Source: the human T2T-CHM13v2.0 reference genome, Homo sapiens. Taken from it: a stretch of DNA of 64,000 nt. Under the pieces are notes generated by a model. The model was not told the DNA's origin, ran no database searches, and saw only the letters and a program-made list of their open reading frames with translations. Made by a program: the position numbers and the translations under genes. Of the stretch, positions 16,206 to 29,419 are shown one piece after another. Location of the stretch: the NCBI RefSeq assembly GCF_009914755.1, contig NC_060937.1. One strand, written 5' to 3'. How positions within the stretch are numbered: position 1 is the stretch's first letter; each line of letters starts with the position of its first letter.

Positions 16206-17942
16206 TCAGTCCTCATAATAATCATTGATTCCTGCTAGTCCGATTAATTCCATGTCTGACTTCTGAAACCCTTGACTGGTGGCAGGGGGCTCTGGCCAGC
16301 TCTTTTGTCCTGGATTGTTGCCTCTATCCTTTTCTCTTTCTGGGCATTCATTCTTCCAGTGTCCCATCTGCTTGCATCTCACACATTGATCTCTCTCAAG
16401 CCTAAGTCAGCCCTCTCATCCTGGCTTAGCTTCCTGGTTTTGCCTAGCTAGTCCTCTATCATGACTGCAACCACGACCACATCCTCTCACAAAACCAGTT
16501 TCTCTTCCAACTAAGACTGCTGCCAGCAAGTCCGCCCTTTTCTTTAGATCTGCGTCGAGCTTCTCTCTTGGCCTCATCCTAACTTACAAACACCTTAGTA
16601 GCCACCTGGATAAACTGGGTAACATTCATGCCTTCAAACCCTTCTAACTTCTGAAGCTTTCACTTTATGTCTCCTTGCACCTGGGTTACAAATGCTGCAT
16701 TAACCATACACTGATTACCTGCAGCCTCTGGGTCAAATGGTGTGTAAAGCCAGTAAGCCTCACAGAACGTCTCATAAAATTCACCGGGACTTTCATCTGG
16801 CTTCTGGTGGACCTCTGAGACCTTTCCAATATTGGTGGCCTTTTTTCCTCCAGCCCTTATTCCATTAGAAGTGCCTCTCAATACCGCTGCAAACTTTGTA
16901 GCACTTGAGCCTGGTTAGGGTCCCAGGCTGGGTCAGCCTCTCTCGGGAGTGCTTGTTGTGCATACTGCCTGGTATCTCGTGTGCCTACAAGCGCATTGTT
17001 CTCCAGCCACTGGAGAGCGACTTCTATAACTCTACAGCACTCTTCCATATTAAATAATGACAGAAGAAGTTGTTTGCAATCAGCCCAGGTAGGATTGTGA
17101 ATTAGGAAAATAGACTGCATTAGATCTATAAGAGCCTGAGGCTTCTCTGTATAGGAGCAAGTATGTTGTCTCCAATTTAAGAGATCAGTAGTAGAGAAGG
17201 GCTGATAAACGAAGAGCTTTTCTCCTCCCTAGACTTCATTCTGTGCATTCAAATAAATTTGTCCCAGTGTTTCTCGGAGGGGCATCTGCATTGCTCGGGC
17301 ACGGCCCGACCTAAGGTGGCCGACCTCATCCACCTGGAGTTCCTCCCTTGGCTTTTCAGGCAAGGGCTCTGGCTCCTCTCTGTGTGGTGTTGTCTGAGGG
17401 GTGCTTTCTTCTGAGTCTGAGCCTCTGGAGGCAGCTGGGGTAGCCTCCTGTCCAAGCCTTGCCAGGGATGGATAAATTGGTGCACAGGGGGTGGACTTTC
17501 TAACACTTCAGGTTGGGCCTGTAGGACAGGTTTTTTCTGCTTTTCCTGTAACTCCTATTCTTTTTCTGATGCCTTGCAGCCTCTTTCTATTGTCCCTGGT
17601 TTTGTCTGGGCCATTAGTGTCTTACAGTACGTCTCAAAGCAGGCCTGCAGCCACTTAGGGTGCGTCTGAATTACACTTAGCCAGGAGTTGATATACGGAA
17701 ACTGATCCCAGGTGCCCAGGCTGTTCCCCAAGCCTGGTGACTACCCGAAACATTTAGCCAATTATCTCCCTGTCTGTTGTCCCCTTGGCCAGCCACCCTG
17801 CATTAAAAGACGGCCAGTCTATCTCACAAAGGGTTCTCAGTTTCTGTGGAGTTAGCTTAATCCCATAATCACCATTAAAACCTTTTTTAAAGTGTTTCAG
17901 CATGCACTACAGTGGAGTAGGCCTTGACACTTTTCCTCCCAT
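16206..17942 (-). pseudogene. ERV gag (MA-CA-NC), disrupted
   Basis: MGGKVSRPTPL*CMLKHFKKGF..EIDWPSF; HNPTWADCKQLL; major homology region QKPDESPGEFYE; zinc knuckle CVRCKQMGHWKNEC; TGA at the gag/pro border. Confidence 0.9.
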
Positions 17943-18631
17943 TTCCTCCCTCATGATGCACTTTCACTCTGGGATCCACCAGAACGAGTCCTATTACGGG
18001 AGGTTCAGACACTGCTTAGCCAGAAGTGTGCATTAATTCCTGTCACAGCTAGCTGCAGCTGTGGAACTTGTCCTATGGGCTGTATGCAGTGTCCTAGGTC
18101 TGCTTTTTCCTACACTCTCCTCAGAGCACACAGTCCATGCTAAGAGATCTGTGCCTCCCCACGTCACGCCCCGCGTTGGTCTCTCCCGAGACCATCTCTT
18201 TCACACACTTTCACACACCTCCCCCGTCCCCGAAACGGTTTGCCTTTCTGACTGACTCATGAGCCCCACCCATGTCGGGTGTCAGGGTGTGAGTTTTGTC
18301 CGAATCAATGGGCCTCTCCCATTGTCCCAACCCCCTTGGGTTGGACTAGTCATCATGCCCTGGGAGGTGATCAGAGTCCCCTTCCGTCCTTATGGGACGG
18401 GTCTTGCCTTAGGGCCCAAACCTTACCATGGTTCATATGTCTGAGTGCTGCTCCTGTGACTGTCCTGCAACTCCTTTTACCAGTTCCATTTCTGCTGTCA
18501 GGGAGGGCTCCGGAACACGGAAGGTAATTCTCCTTCCGGGCTGAAACTCTCGGTGGTGCCAAGGACCCCGGTCTCCCACGTCCTGGGGCTCTAGCCTACA
18601 GGCAAAGGAGACAGAAAATCTGCCATCTCCA

Positions 18632-18649
18632 ATCCCAGATGAGCCCCCA
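18632..18649 (-). promoter_or_regulatory. Primer binding site, tRNA-Pro type
   Basis: TGGGGGCTCATCTGGGAT, 16/18 to the canonical tRNA-Pro PBS TGGGGGCTCGTCCGGGAT, 4 nt from the LTR end. Confidence 0.85.
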
Positions 18650-18653
18650 GAAA

Positions 18654-19145
18654 TGTTGTGGAACAATCAAACACAGGAGAGACTGAAAAAGGTTCAGGAG
18701 AGTTTATTAAATTAAGGTGATCACTGGCTCAGCCGGACATACGTCCAGAAAGTCTGAGCCCCAAACAAAGGGCTTTTCCTACTTTTAAACATCTTAAGGC
18801 AGGAACTACGTGAGGTGGGAAGCAAGTTGCAGAAGCAAGAAACAAAGGCAGCATTACAATATTTCTTATATCTTGAGAGAAACATGTCTTACAACCTAAA
18901 CTTAACAGTCTTGTGACCCTGCAGCCGTGCAGGAACTTGCTGGGCCTGTAATAAACTTTAAGGAATGTGGAGTTGGGGAGTATAGATAAGGTCCACTGTC
19001 CACAGAGAGAAGACAGGCTGTTGATATTCTCTTTTAACTTGAGTGTAAGGGAGGGGGTCACACTTTGCAGCAACTTTAAAAGAATATTAAAATTTCTATT
19101 ACTACTACTATTAGGTTATAGTTGATTTCATTAATTCCTTCGTTA
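18654..19145 (-). mobile_element. 5' LTR (LTR15-like)
   Basis: ~490 bp; minus strand has a TTTAAAA TATA-like motif, AATAAA, and ends CCACAACA next to the PBS. Confidence 0.82.
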
Positions 19146-21289
19146 ATACTGGTACAGGAAAATGAAGAATTTTAAACCTATTAAATACAGTCACAAGAGT
19201 AATAGGCAATTTTTAAAGCTTATAAATTAACAGATAATATAAAAGTATAATATTTAAAATGTAACTATTGTGCATGAAAACAAAAGAAGAAAACAAAACC
19301 AGAAATATTGAAAAGTTATTGCCCCTGAAATGGAGGTTCATTATAGGATAAGGAGTAGTGTGGTAGAAAACTGTATTTTATTGTAAACATTTTTGTACTA
19401 TTTTTTAACCATATAATTTATTTTGAAAAAAAATTATTATATTTTTGTAGTTCTTAAAGTTTCCCTTCGGCTGCCATGTACTGGGTCTTTTCTTTCTTCA
19501 AATGTTTGCCCCAGATAGGAATGGGCTACACATCTCCATGGATCCTGTTCTCTTTGGGCTCAGTCCTGTCTCTGAGTCATTACAACTCTCTCCCATTCTT
19601 ATTCAGTGAGTTTAGTCATTTCTTTTTATCCCCAGAGCCACCCGGTGTTCAGCAAACAAAGAAGCCTCCAGGTACCAGAATCTACCCTTCTTAGAAGGCA
19701 GCAGGTATTACAAATAACAAAAAGCCACAAAACATGCAAGAACTAAAATGTTTTGTCACAGTTTTTTGTTTTTGTTATTTTCCCATCACAACTTGGAAAA
19801 CTGCATTCTTATCACAGTCCTTGGAATATTTGAAGAAGGCTAATGAGCTGTTCCTTTAGCCTTAACTCCTTAAATCTGTCCTCTTTTCTTTAAACTAAAT
19901 TGTCTCCAGGTTTCCAACTCTTTGTCACAGGCTGCTTTCAGCTCTTTGTCAGGGTATAGAAGCTTTTCTATCCTTCAGACAAGCTTCTGTTTGTTAATGT
20001 CCCGTTTAACGGTAGCTCCCAGGACAGAACATGGTGCTTTTGATGTGTCTTCCCTATTATGTAGGACCAGATAGGAGAGGACAGGCCAACCCTTTTCTTG
20101 GATTCAGATATTGTTTGTTTTTGTATTATTAATTGAAAAATGCCCATTTTTATGTGGTCACACTTTACTAATTCCAATTGCCTGATAAATGCTCGTTGGA
20201 GTGGTGAGTGTTGTGTGTTCCTTCCTTCCTATTAAATGTTAATTTTGAAGGCCAAAAGCTTATTTGCTGATGTGAAAAAAAAATTCATGGAAGGAGAACC
20301 AATGGGAGATATCATTGTACAAAATGATGTCATTTTTAACCTTCCTCTTGGATTACTTTATTGACTAATAATATTTGCATCCTTATTCATTTCCTGAATT
20401 CAGTCATTCAATCCATTTCACTTAAGGGCTTATTCTTGGTTGTCAGTGGTGAGTGCTAAGGCAGCATGGATTTAGAGGGAAAATGGGATTCACTCTGAGC
20501 AGATACAGGGTAACTAGGAGAGAATTTTTGTCTGTTGATTTCCAATTAGTGAATCTGCAACATTAGAAGGATAGAAAAAGAATAAGCAGAGAACAATGTC
20601 AAAGGTCGATGGTCTCAAAGTTGTTAGGAAAAGGAAGACATTGAATTAAAATAAACCAAAAATGGAATAATTTCTGAACAAAATTATTGGGCTCATCAAA
20701 AACCAGGAAAGTAGCATCTATACTACAGACTCTATAGGTAAAATTACTATAAAGCTGTTCTGTACAAATGTCCAGCATGTAGCATCATGCATGGTACACT
20801 ATAGTTAACAAGCAATTATTGTATAACAACATGCACTTGTAAATTGATAAATTGGAGAACTTTAACTCCATAGCCTCCATAACTTCTTTCAACTTCAACA
20901 TTCTATGAATCTAAAATTGCCAAGTCTTCATATTTATTCTCTCAGCCCTGCTAGTCCATGCCATCCTTTCTAAGTCAGCCACGTATGTGCATGGCAGCTG
21001 TCACAAAGAACCTCCCGCAAAAATTAAATTCTGCTCTAGGCAATTCCTGAATTATCCTATACTTCTTCACTGCTTTTAACTTTAGACTGCTTTGATCTTA
21101 GATCCCCAGTTCTATACACGCAGTTTCAATCTCTGTTTTTATTCTGGGTCTTAATGGCCATCTCTTTGTCCTCTCATTTTCCTTGACGTGGCTTCCCACA
21201 AGGTCTCAACTCTGTACTTTTCCCAGTTTAGGCATCTGCCAAAGGTATCCTACCTTGTTTCTACCACCATTGTAAGAAGGAGGATTTGC

Positions 21290-21830
21290 CACATTTCTTC
21301 AGTACTAATCCTCTTTATCACAGTCTCTCTTCCTTTCTAGCTCTGAAAAGAGTTGCTGCTATTGCTGTTTTTACTTCCTCCCTTCCCATTCACTCTTATG
21401 CCTGCTGTAACAGCCTTGCTTCTGCCTTCATCACTAGACCTCACTTTTTTTTTTTTTTACCAAGATGACTAGTGATGAATCAAACTGTTGGTATCTTCAA
21501 AGTGGGTGCCTGAATGCTTAACTCATAAGACTATGTGCAGAATTCAACATTCACCCCTGAATAGACACACTTTTCTACAGTTTTTCTTTCTCATCTTCCT
21601 TAAGATCTGTTTCCTCCATTTCTTCCTGGGATTCTCTCTGAGATCGCTTCTCTTCTAGCTCTGCAAAGTAGAGCTAGAGGACCATGCTCATCCATTTCCA
21701 TGACTAATGTCAACTATCACCCATATTCTCAAACTTCTCCCTTGAGTTCTTGATCTAAATATCCTGTGCATACTAGTGAGCACCCCATACCCTATTATCA
21801 CATCACATACTGTGAAATGAATCTAATATT
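21290..21830 (+). mobile_element. Degraded L2 fragments
   Basis: ttttacttcctcccttccc...tctgccttcatc; tctcccttgagttcttgatctaaatatcc. Confidence 0.5.
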
Positions 21831-21984
21831 TTCTTTAAAATGTAACGTTAAATCAGTGTCATCTATTTTAAAATAACATGGTATATGTATTCTAGGAATT
21901 GTATACATTTCTGTTAATAAAAATCTTAGGTTTCTGATCTTAAAATCTTAGAAGTATAAAAATTACTGAACCATATATGAAAAA

Positions 21985-22235
21985 TAACATTAACTAACAT
22001 ATTTAGGTACGTACTATGTGTCAGGAATTGCTTTACGTCCTCTGATTTATAAAAATCACTGAATTCTTAGAACAACTTTATAAAGTAGTACTATGATTAT
22101 TTGCATTTTACAGATGAGGTATCTCAGGTACAGAGAATTATAACAACTTTTCCAAGGTCACCTAAAAAGAAAGTAGAATAGGACTTGAATCCATGCACTG
22201 AATCAGGGTCTGAGTTTTTAATCAGCTTGTACTGC
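21985..22235 (-). mobile_element. MIR SINE
   Basis: tactatgtgtcagg; cattttacagatgagg; ccaaggtcac. Confidence 0.75.
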
Positions 22236-22607
22236 CTCTCAAGAAGGACCTTGAGAAACTGCAGGAAATTGCTAATGAAACATTTAGAAGACATTAGAAA
22301 AAAGATCACATAGATGATTAGATGAAATGACTCTCTTTGAAAATAAAGATAGGAAAACTTTCTGAAAACTGAAAATGATTGAAAATACGAGGAAAATCTA
22401 GTACAAAGTAGGGAAACCTGCATGCTGTAACCAAGGTGCAAAACTTTATATAGAAATTTGGGCTGCAGTTGAAGCACTGCCATCAATATGTTGTTTTATT
22501 CAGGAGACTAATTGTGTTTACAATGGAATTTGTATACTACATATGTAAATAAAAGACATTGATATTAAAAAAAACCAGTAAGACCTCTGTAAGATCTGCT
22601 AGAGTGA

Positions 22608-22907
22608 GGCCGGGCGCGGTGGCTCGCGCCTGTAATCCCAGCACTTTGGGAGGCCGAGGCGGGCGGATCACGAGGTCGGGAGATCGAGACCATCCTGGCT
22701 AACACGGTGAAACCCCGTCTCTACTAAAAATAAAAAAAATTAGCCGGGCGAGGGGGCGGGCGCCTGTAGTCCCAGCTACTCGGGAGGCTGAGGCAGGAGA
22801 ATGGCGTGAACCCCAGGGGGCGGAGCCTGCAGTGAGCCGAGATTGCGCCACTGCACTCCAGCCTGGGCGACAGCGAGACTCCGTCTCAAAAAAAAAAAAA
22901 AAAAAAA
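22608..22907 (+). mobile_element. Young AluY (AluYe5-like)
   Basis: CpGs almost all intact; gaaccccagggggcggagcctgcag and gacagcgagac variants; pure A tail; TSD atctgctagagtga at 22594-22607 and 22908-22921. Confidence 0.93.
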
Positions 22908-25454
22908 ATCTGCTAGAGTGACATATAGTATGTTGGGTACAACCAGATTTGGTTACGTGTTTTTCATTAATCACTGGAGAATTTTATTTTCTCTTTTGTG
23001 AATTGCTCATTGAGTACATTGACAATGCCCAGAAAGCTCTGTAATATAAACAGTTAACAACTTTAAAAAGAAACTATAAATACTGGCCAATTTGGAAAGG
23101 GAATTGAAATGGATTTGAGTGAATGACCTTCCTACTTTGCCCAAGACTGGAAATCTTGTATCCCGAGAAACTTCTCAGTCCCAGGCAAATTGGAATGGTT
23201 GGTCACATCTCGATCCAACTCTGTGAATTAAAAACCTTGCATTACAAAACTTTAGGCAAACCCCTAAATCCTGGGAATCCCACTTTCATCATCTGTGTAA
23301 TCAGTCATCTCCCCTACCTAAAGGGGCTACATGGGCGGAGGAGTCACTGAGTCAGTGTAGGTGTGTGTGGCCTTGAGACTGTGGTTCTGTTAATGTGGAG
23401 CACCTGTACTTCTCCACGACATATATCACACTTAGAATTAGTTGTATAATGCCTGTGTTTCTCATTTTTTCTCTCCTTTATAGCTACAGTTGGTGCCTTA
23501 TATATAGCTTGTGATTAATAAATGTGTTGTATAATCAAAGGTATGCACAAGAGGCCTTGGAATAGAAAGGTGGTCATAGTATAGATGTGCTTCTTTGCTC
23601 TACTGCCCTCACCTCCACCCCTCTATGCCATCTTTCTCTATTACTCCTCACCACATAAAAATACTTTCTTAATTGGCCATATCCACTGCTGATGGGAAGC
23701 AGGTGGGAGGCTCTTTGGAGATTGCAGGGTGGTGTAACAGAGCAGGGGTCTGTAGGGGGAGGTAGCAATGGGGGGCAGAACATAATAGACTTTGTGTGGA
23801 ATATACTTATACTAGCTGTGCTGCTTCTGAGGAGGAAATATAATAACCACACATATTTTTTACAGACTTTGAAAACTGTTGGATGATATTACTTTGTAGA
23901 GATGAAGGTGTCATTGTAAATATTTACCTTTCGAGCCTTCTTTTCCTTATTCTACAAAACCTTCTGAGTATTCTTGGTCAATAAGAGAGGGGGTGGTGGG
24001 GGAGGGTGATTGATTTCAGAAAGAAAAAGCTTATTTTAAGTGATCAATAAAGCTAGGATTTGAATAATGTGTTTTAAAATTACAGGGTTGGAGCTATGCA
24101 CTAATACATAAAGAGAATGATAGCAGTAATTTTCACAGATGTCATATGAATGAACCAAAAAAAAATCAATGTAGCACAAAAATTCAGTGACCTGAATATA
24201 TTACTTATATTTATATTTGAAAACTGGGTACAATATAAATGTCTCTATTGAGGCAGTATGAATAAGCATTTACGTAATCTTAAATGACAGAATACTTTAT
24301 TTAAAATTTTAAAGGCTTATATTTGTGACAATTTTGTTCACAGAAACTGCATACATACTATGGATTTTTTTGGCCAACTTTCTAGTTTAAAACTCTTTTT
24401 CTTTGGCAGTAGAAGCCTTACCTATGGGTGCTTTGTAAATATCCACTGTCAATAAAATAAGAATATTGTGGAGAAAAGGATTTATATCATATACTGGAAA
24501 ATTATATCAAGGAAACCCAGGTCACGCAGTCTGGATGGTGGAAAACAGATGTCAAACATAAGTATATTTGGTTGGAAGTAACAGAGTTAGCTTATGCAAA
24601 GGAAAAGATTTATTATAAGGATCTGAAGATATCTCCTGGAACTCAGGGACATAAAAGCAGCCAGGTTTCAGGAAAGGCTGTCTCTGAAGCCTGCGCAATC
24701 ATCTCAGAAATAGATGCTGCTTGTCACAAGAGAGCAGGAAAGAGTGTAGATGACTCAGTGCGGCTCCACCAGAGTTTCTAGGAAAACATTCACTCTGACA
24801 AGCAAATAAACTGTAAGACCTCTGAATTTGAGTCCAGTCTGAGTCTCCCTACATGAAACACATTAAAAGCAAAAGACATTTACTTTTTCATTTCCCCAAT
24901 TATGCTTCTTTATTTTTTTCTCCGAAGAACATTTTGCTTAAAATAAAATGTTATTACCAGCACCTGGCTTCCTATGGCAAAGACTGTCAAATCTTTAAGT
25001 GCAATTCTTTTTTTTGCATTTAGACCTATTGTAGTAGGAGTCTGGGAGTCTGTTCACACATTTTAATGAAAGCACCTCACCCTCAGGATTTCTCAAATCT
25101 ATGTGACCCTAAATAAAATGAGGAATTGTAATTAAGTGGGAATTTCTGGTTGTGTACAGAGCCAAAATACTTAATTCAAAATAGTAAAGTAAATTTCAGT
25201 CTAAATTGCTTGATTGATGTACCTTGCCTAAAGTGATCACGTTTATTTTTACAGACATGGTTGCTAGTACTTGATGAAAGGACTGTTTTCTTGGTTCTAC
25301 CAAGTTCATACATTTCGAATGAAAAATTATATGCCTCCTTAGGGATTCCTTCAGAATTCTTCTCTCTTAAAGCTGTTTCTTCAGGATTTTTTAGGGAAAG
25401 AGCTCTGATCAATTTGTGATTTTCCTTATGAATCAGAAGAACTTGTGAATTACA

Positions 25455-26950
25455 TTTTATTCATTCCTTCAACAAATGTTTTTTGACATCTCGCCCTATT
25501 CCAGGTACAGTTTGAGGGACTTAGAATTTATCAGTGAATAAAACAAAAAAGAAATATGGAGCTTACATTCTAATGGGGGAAGACAACTATCAATAATAAA
25601 CATAATACATTGTAAGTCACATATACTCGAAGGTGGCAAGTGCTACGCAAAGGAAAATAGAGCAAGGTAAAGAGGGCTGGGAGTGTGTTGGGGGGAATTA
25701 TCAGTTTCACTTTAAAATGGAATGGTTCGTGTAGAGTTCCTCCAGCAGGTGACATTTGGAGCAAAGTCTTGAAGAAGGTGATAAAATTAGTGCTCCTGAG
25801 AGAGGCAGTTTGCAGGCTCAGAGGATAGTGACTGCAAAGGTCCTGGCATGTGCACGGGCAGCAAGGAGGCCAGCATCGCTGGAGTGGAATGAGCCAGCAG
25901 CAGGGCAGGAGTCAGAGAAAGAGGGAGCTCGAAGTCAGTTTCTGTGGGCCTCTTAGAATATTGAATCCATGTTCTCTCCAAATTCATAGGTTGAAGTCCT
26001 AAACTCTAGTACCTCAGAATGTGACCTTCTTTGGAAATAGGGCCATTGCAGATGTAATAAGATGAGGTCATATTGGAGTAAGTGGGTCCTTAATACAATA
26101 TGACTAGTGTCCTTATAAAAAGGGGAAATTTGGACCCAGACACACATGTGGGGAGAATGTCATATGAGGATTAAATCAAAGACTGGAGTGATGTTTCCAC
26201 AAGTTAAGAGATGTCAGTGATGGCCAATAAACCACCAGAAGCTAGGAGAGGCCATGGAACAGATTCCCCCTCACAACCCTTAGAAAGCAGCAATCCTGCT
26301 GACATGTTGATCTTGGTCTTTTGGCCTCTAGAACTGCAAGACAATACATTTCTGTTATTTAAGCCACCCAGTTTGTGTGGTTCTTTGTTACTGTGGCCCT
26401 AGCAAACTACTCCATAGGAAATTGTAAGGACTTTGGCTTTTACCCTGGGTGAGATGGAAGGTGTTGCAGAGTTTTGAGCGAAGGCAGGACATGATCTGAT
26501 TTCCATTTTAAAAGGATAGTTGTGGATGCTGTGTAGGGATACACTGTCAAGGAGCAAAGGTGCAATACTGAGGTCATATATACAGGCCAGAGGTGATGGT
26601 GTTCCTAACCAGAGCAGTAGCACTTGATTAGTGAGAAGTGGAGATTATTGTGAAGGTAGAGGTGACAGATTTAGCTACTGCCTAGAAGTCTCATAGAACA
26701 AACATCAGAGAAGATTTTCTGATAGATTGGATGTGGAGGATGAGAGAAAGGGAGGTGTCAGGGATGACTGTAAGGTGTTTGAATTGAAATACTTGAAATG
26801 CAATGAGTACTTTCCCATTCACTGAAATGAGAAAGACTGTAGTTGGTGGGTCTTGTTTGGTTTTAGTGAAAGGAGGTCAGAGTTTTGGTTCTGGACATGT
26901 GAAGTATGAGTTTTCTAATGACAGTCAAGTGAAAGTACAATCAAGGAGCA
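25455..26950 (-). mobile_element. L2a LINE 3' part, interrupted by an MLT1 LTR
   Basis: attcattccttcaacaaatg tail; atggagcttacattctaatggggg; resumes at gtaaggactttggcttttaccctgggtgagatgg. Confidence 0.8.
25952..26414 (+). mobile_element. MaLR LTR (MLT1B/C)
   Basis: aattcataggttgaagtcctaa..cagaatgtgacc..accaccagaagctaggagagg..tttaagccacccagtttgtg. Confidence 0.85.
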
Positions 26951-28739
26951 GCACAAAATGTATTCATGTCCCTTTAATGGTGCTGAAAGATGCTAACAGA
27001 GATAAAATCCATCAGAATGTAAGGAAGTAGAATGCAGAGATCTAATGCAGATGAATTTAACCACAGGTATTTAGGGGCCTAGATGGATAAAATAGCATTA
27101 AGGAGTTAGATACACATAAAGATGCAATAATGCTGCAAGGTAAGTTTTAATTAGAAGTTTCACAAAAACACTTCTTTTCTCAAGACCTATCTGCTACTTT
27201 CCATAACATGCATTATTCATGATGTGTGTTTACTGAAATGGGTTGAAGAAGCCCAGTGAGAGGAACCAGTCATGAGAAGTATGACTACAATGCTCTTTCT
27301 TTGCCATGACGGATGACTTTTCCTAGTGCACTACCTCTTCAGCTTTCTGTATATTTAGTGTTGCAAACTGGCTTACATCTCTGTTCAGCTACAATTAATT
27401 ATGCTGAAATTCGTATTTAATGCTCCCTCCCTCCTGAAAAAAATCAATATCCATGACCATTAGTCTCCAAGTTATTTTCATGAAGCATTTTAGAGTCCAT
27501 TAGAATGCAAATGAAAAGGAGTGATCTCAGGCCTGATATTTTCAGAATTAAGGGGCTTTTAAAAGTGTTTATTTTGAACTTTTAGAAGCAGTAACATTTG
27601 AGGCAAACTCCAAGAGCCAGCAGCACTTTCATTGGGTATTTTGAGAGCTGTTTTCTTGTGGGTGATGGCGGAGGCAGCAATTGGGAGGTAGCTGGTGGTC
27701 TGCTGAGCCTTTTCCATGGCAAGCAGCCAGCTGGGGCGGAGGCTGCAGGGTGTGGGTGTGCGGGGAAGCTGCAAGGGGAGGGAGGTGTGAGAAACAAGAA
27801 GAGATGGTAGAAAATGTTCTAGAAGGCAGGAGAGGCAGGCAAGGAGGTGGGAAGCAAAGGCTGAGGGAGAGCGTCTTGCATAGTTAATGGTCGTATAACA
27901 ATATGGGTTGAAATTCCATTTGGTTCATTGGCTTAAAAATGATAGGAGGAAGATTATCTCATGATTAAGATGAACACAGCAATCATTGTTTTAATACCTC
28001 TTGGATACGAGGCACAGTATAAGGCCTTTGTCAGATGTGAACACCCTTGTCCCAGCATTTGGAACAAGTCTCCTCATGCTGTTGATTTCATGAATTTTGG
28101 GTACCCAGACTCCCCCCCATTTTTGCTCGCCCCCAGCACACCTAAAAAAAGTTTGAAGTAAAGTGCACAGATACACTTAGCATAGTTATCTGATTGTAGA
28201 TTTAGCAACTGCTTGGAAGTTTCCTAGAACAAACAGCTAGAAAGAAGCAAAATAAATAATACAGACTGGAATCCTGTGACCTAAGAAATTCGTATTTCTA
28301 TCTGTAACAAAAATTTTCCCAAAGCCCTGAAATCACACCATGATTTTGTTTCTATCTGAAACAAAAAATTCTTTTGTTTCATCCACAATTCTCAAGGGGT
28401 AGAGGGGAGTGTTTTCTCAGCTCGCCATCTCAGGATCACAGTTGTAGAACTAAAACTCATTTCTATTATTTTCAGAAGCAGGAAGTGACTTTCTTGCCTG
28501 AGGCATAGCCTCAATTGCCACCTGGATCACTGAGACATTCTAAAATCTTTCCTGTGAAAGGAAATCCTAAACTCTTACAGTGAAGGGCAGAGAGAGACAC
28601 ACCTTTCATCTGTGCAACATCAACTTTTGTTTCAAATGCCATTTGTTTTTCCTCTGTGTTCTGTTGATTTTACCTTTCTTGGACAGAAATACTTGAATTC
28701 TTCCTTAAGAACCTCCCTTCAAAGGCAGAGCTTGAGTTC

Positions 28740-28945
28740 CTCACTTCTATGGTAAATCCCTGTCATCTCATTGACTCTGTATGGCTATCCCATAAACTAC
28801 ATGAGATTAGCTGGGTGTCACAGATAAGGAAACTGCAGTTCAGAGATGTAATTTGGCTGGGGTGACACAGTAAGTGAGTAATTAGCAGGAGTTTGAAGCC
28901 AGGTCACCCAAATCCCAATTCCCAAAACTCAAGTTTCTCCACTAC
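28740..28945 (-). mobile_element. MIR SINE
   Basis: cagataaggaaactgcagttcagaga..gacacagtaagtgagt..gtttgaagccagg. Confidence 0.6.
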
Positions 28946-29419
28946 ATTGAAGAACCTGGCTGAGCAGACAAGGATGGGGGAGGGCATTTTAAGCAGAGGA
29001 AATTCATGTAATTAGGTGGAAATGCCCAGAACATCTGGGGAAGTATCCTGGTTCAGAGTGTCCAAGATGCATTGGGGAGCAGTAACGTAAATAAGCAAGT
29101 TGATCAGTCAGTCTTGGGATGAAGCTGGAGGTTTTTATGTTAGTGACATGCATACATACATAGGTATCACGGTGGTGCTCAGAACCATTGCTGGAGTGTG
29201 CAGTTGCCTCACATGTTGTGCTCTGGGAAAATATTTCTGTCCCCTGCCCTCCAAAATTTCTCTTTTATAGGCCTCTTCCTGATGCAGAATTTCTAGCCTT
29301 AAAAGTGAGCTCTTTTAGGTTTTTAATAAAGTATATTTTTTATTAAAGGGCATGTAGCTTTTTGGAACCAAAGATATTAAATTAGCACATTAAGTATTCT
29401 CAAGTACTCACACCCTTTT

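Noticed and set aside
19860-20200. Possible CR1/L3 remnant
   Set aside because: Only faint resemblance; needs an HMM search.
27060-27145. Plus-strand exons ending in AAG|GTAAGT here and TTG|GTAAGT at ~31535
   Set aside because: Weak acceptors, no recognisable peptide; isolated donors are expected by chance.
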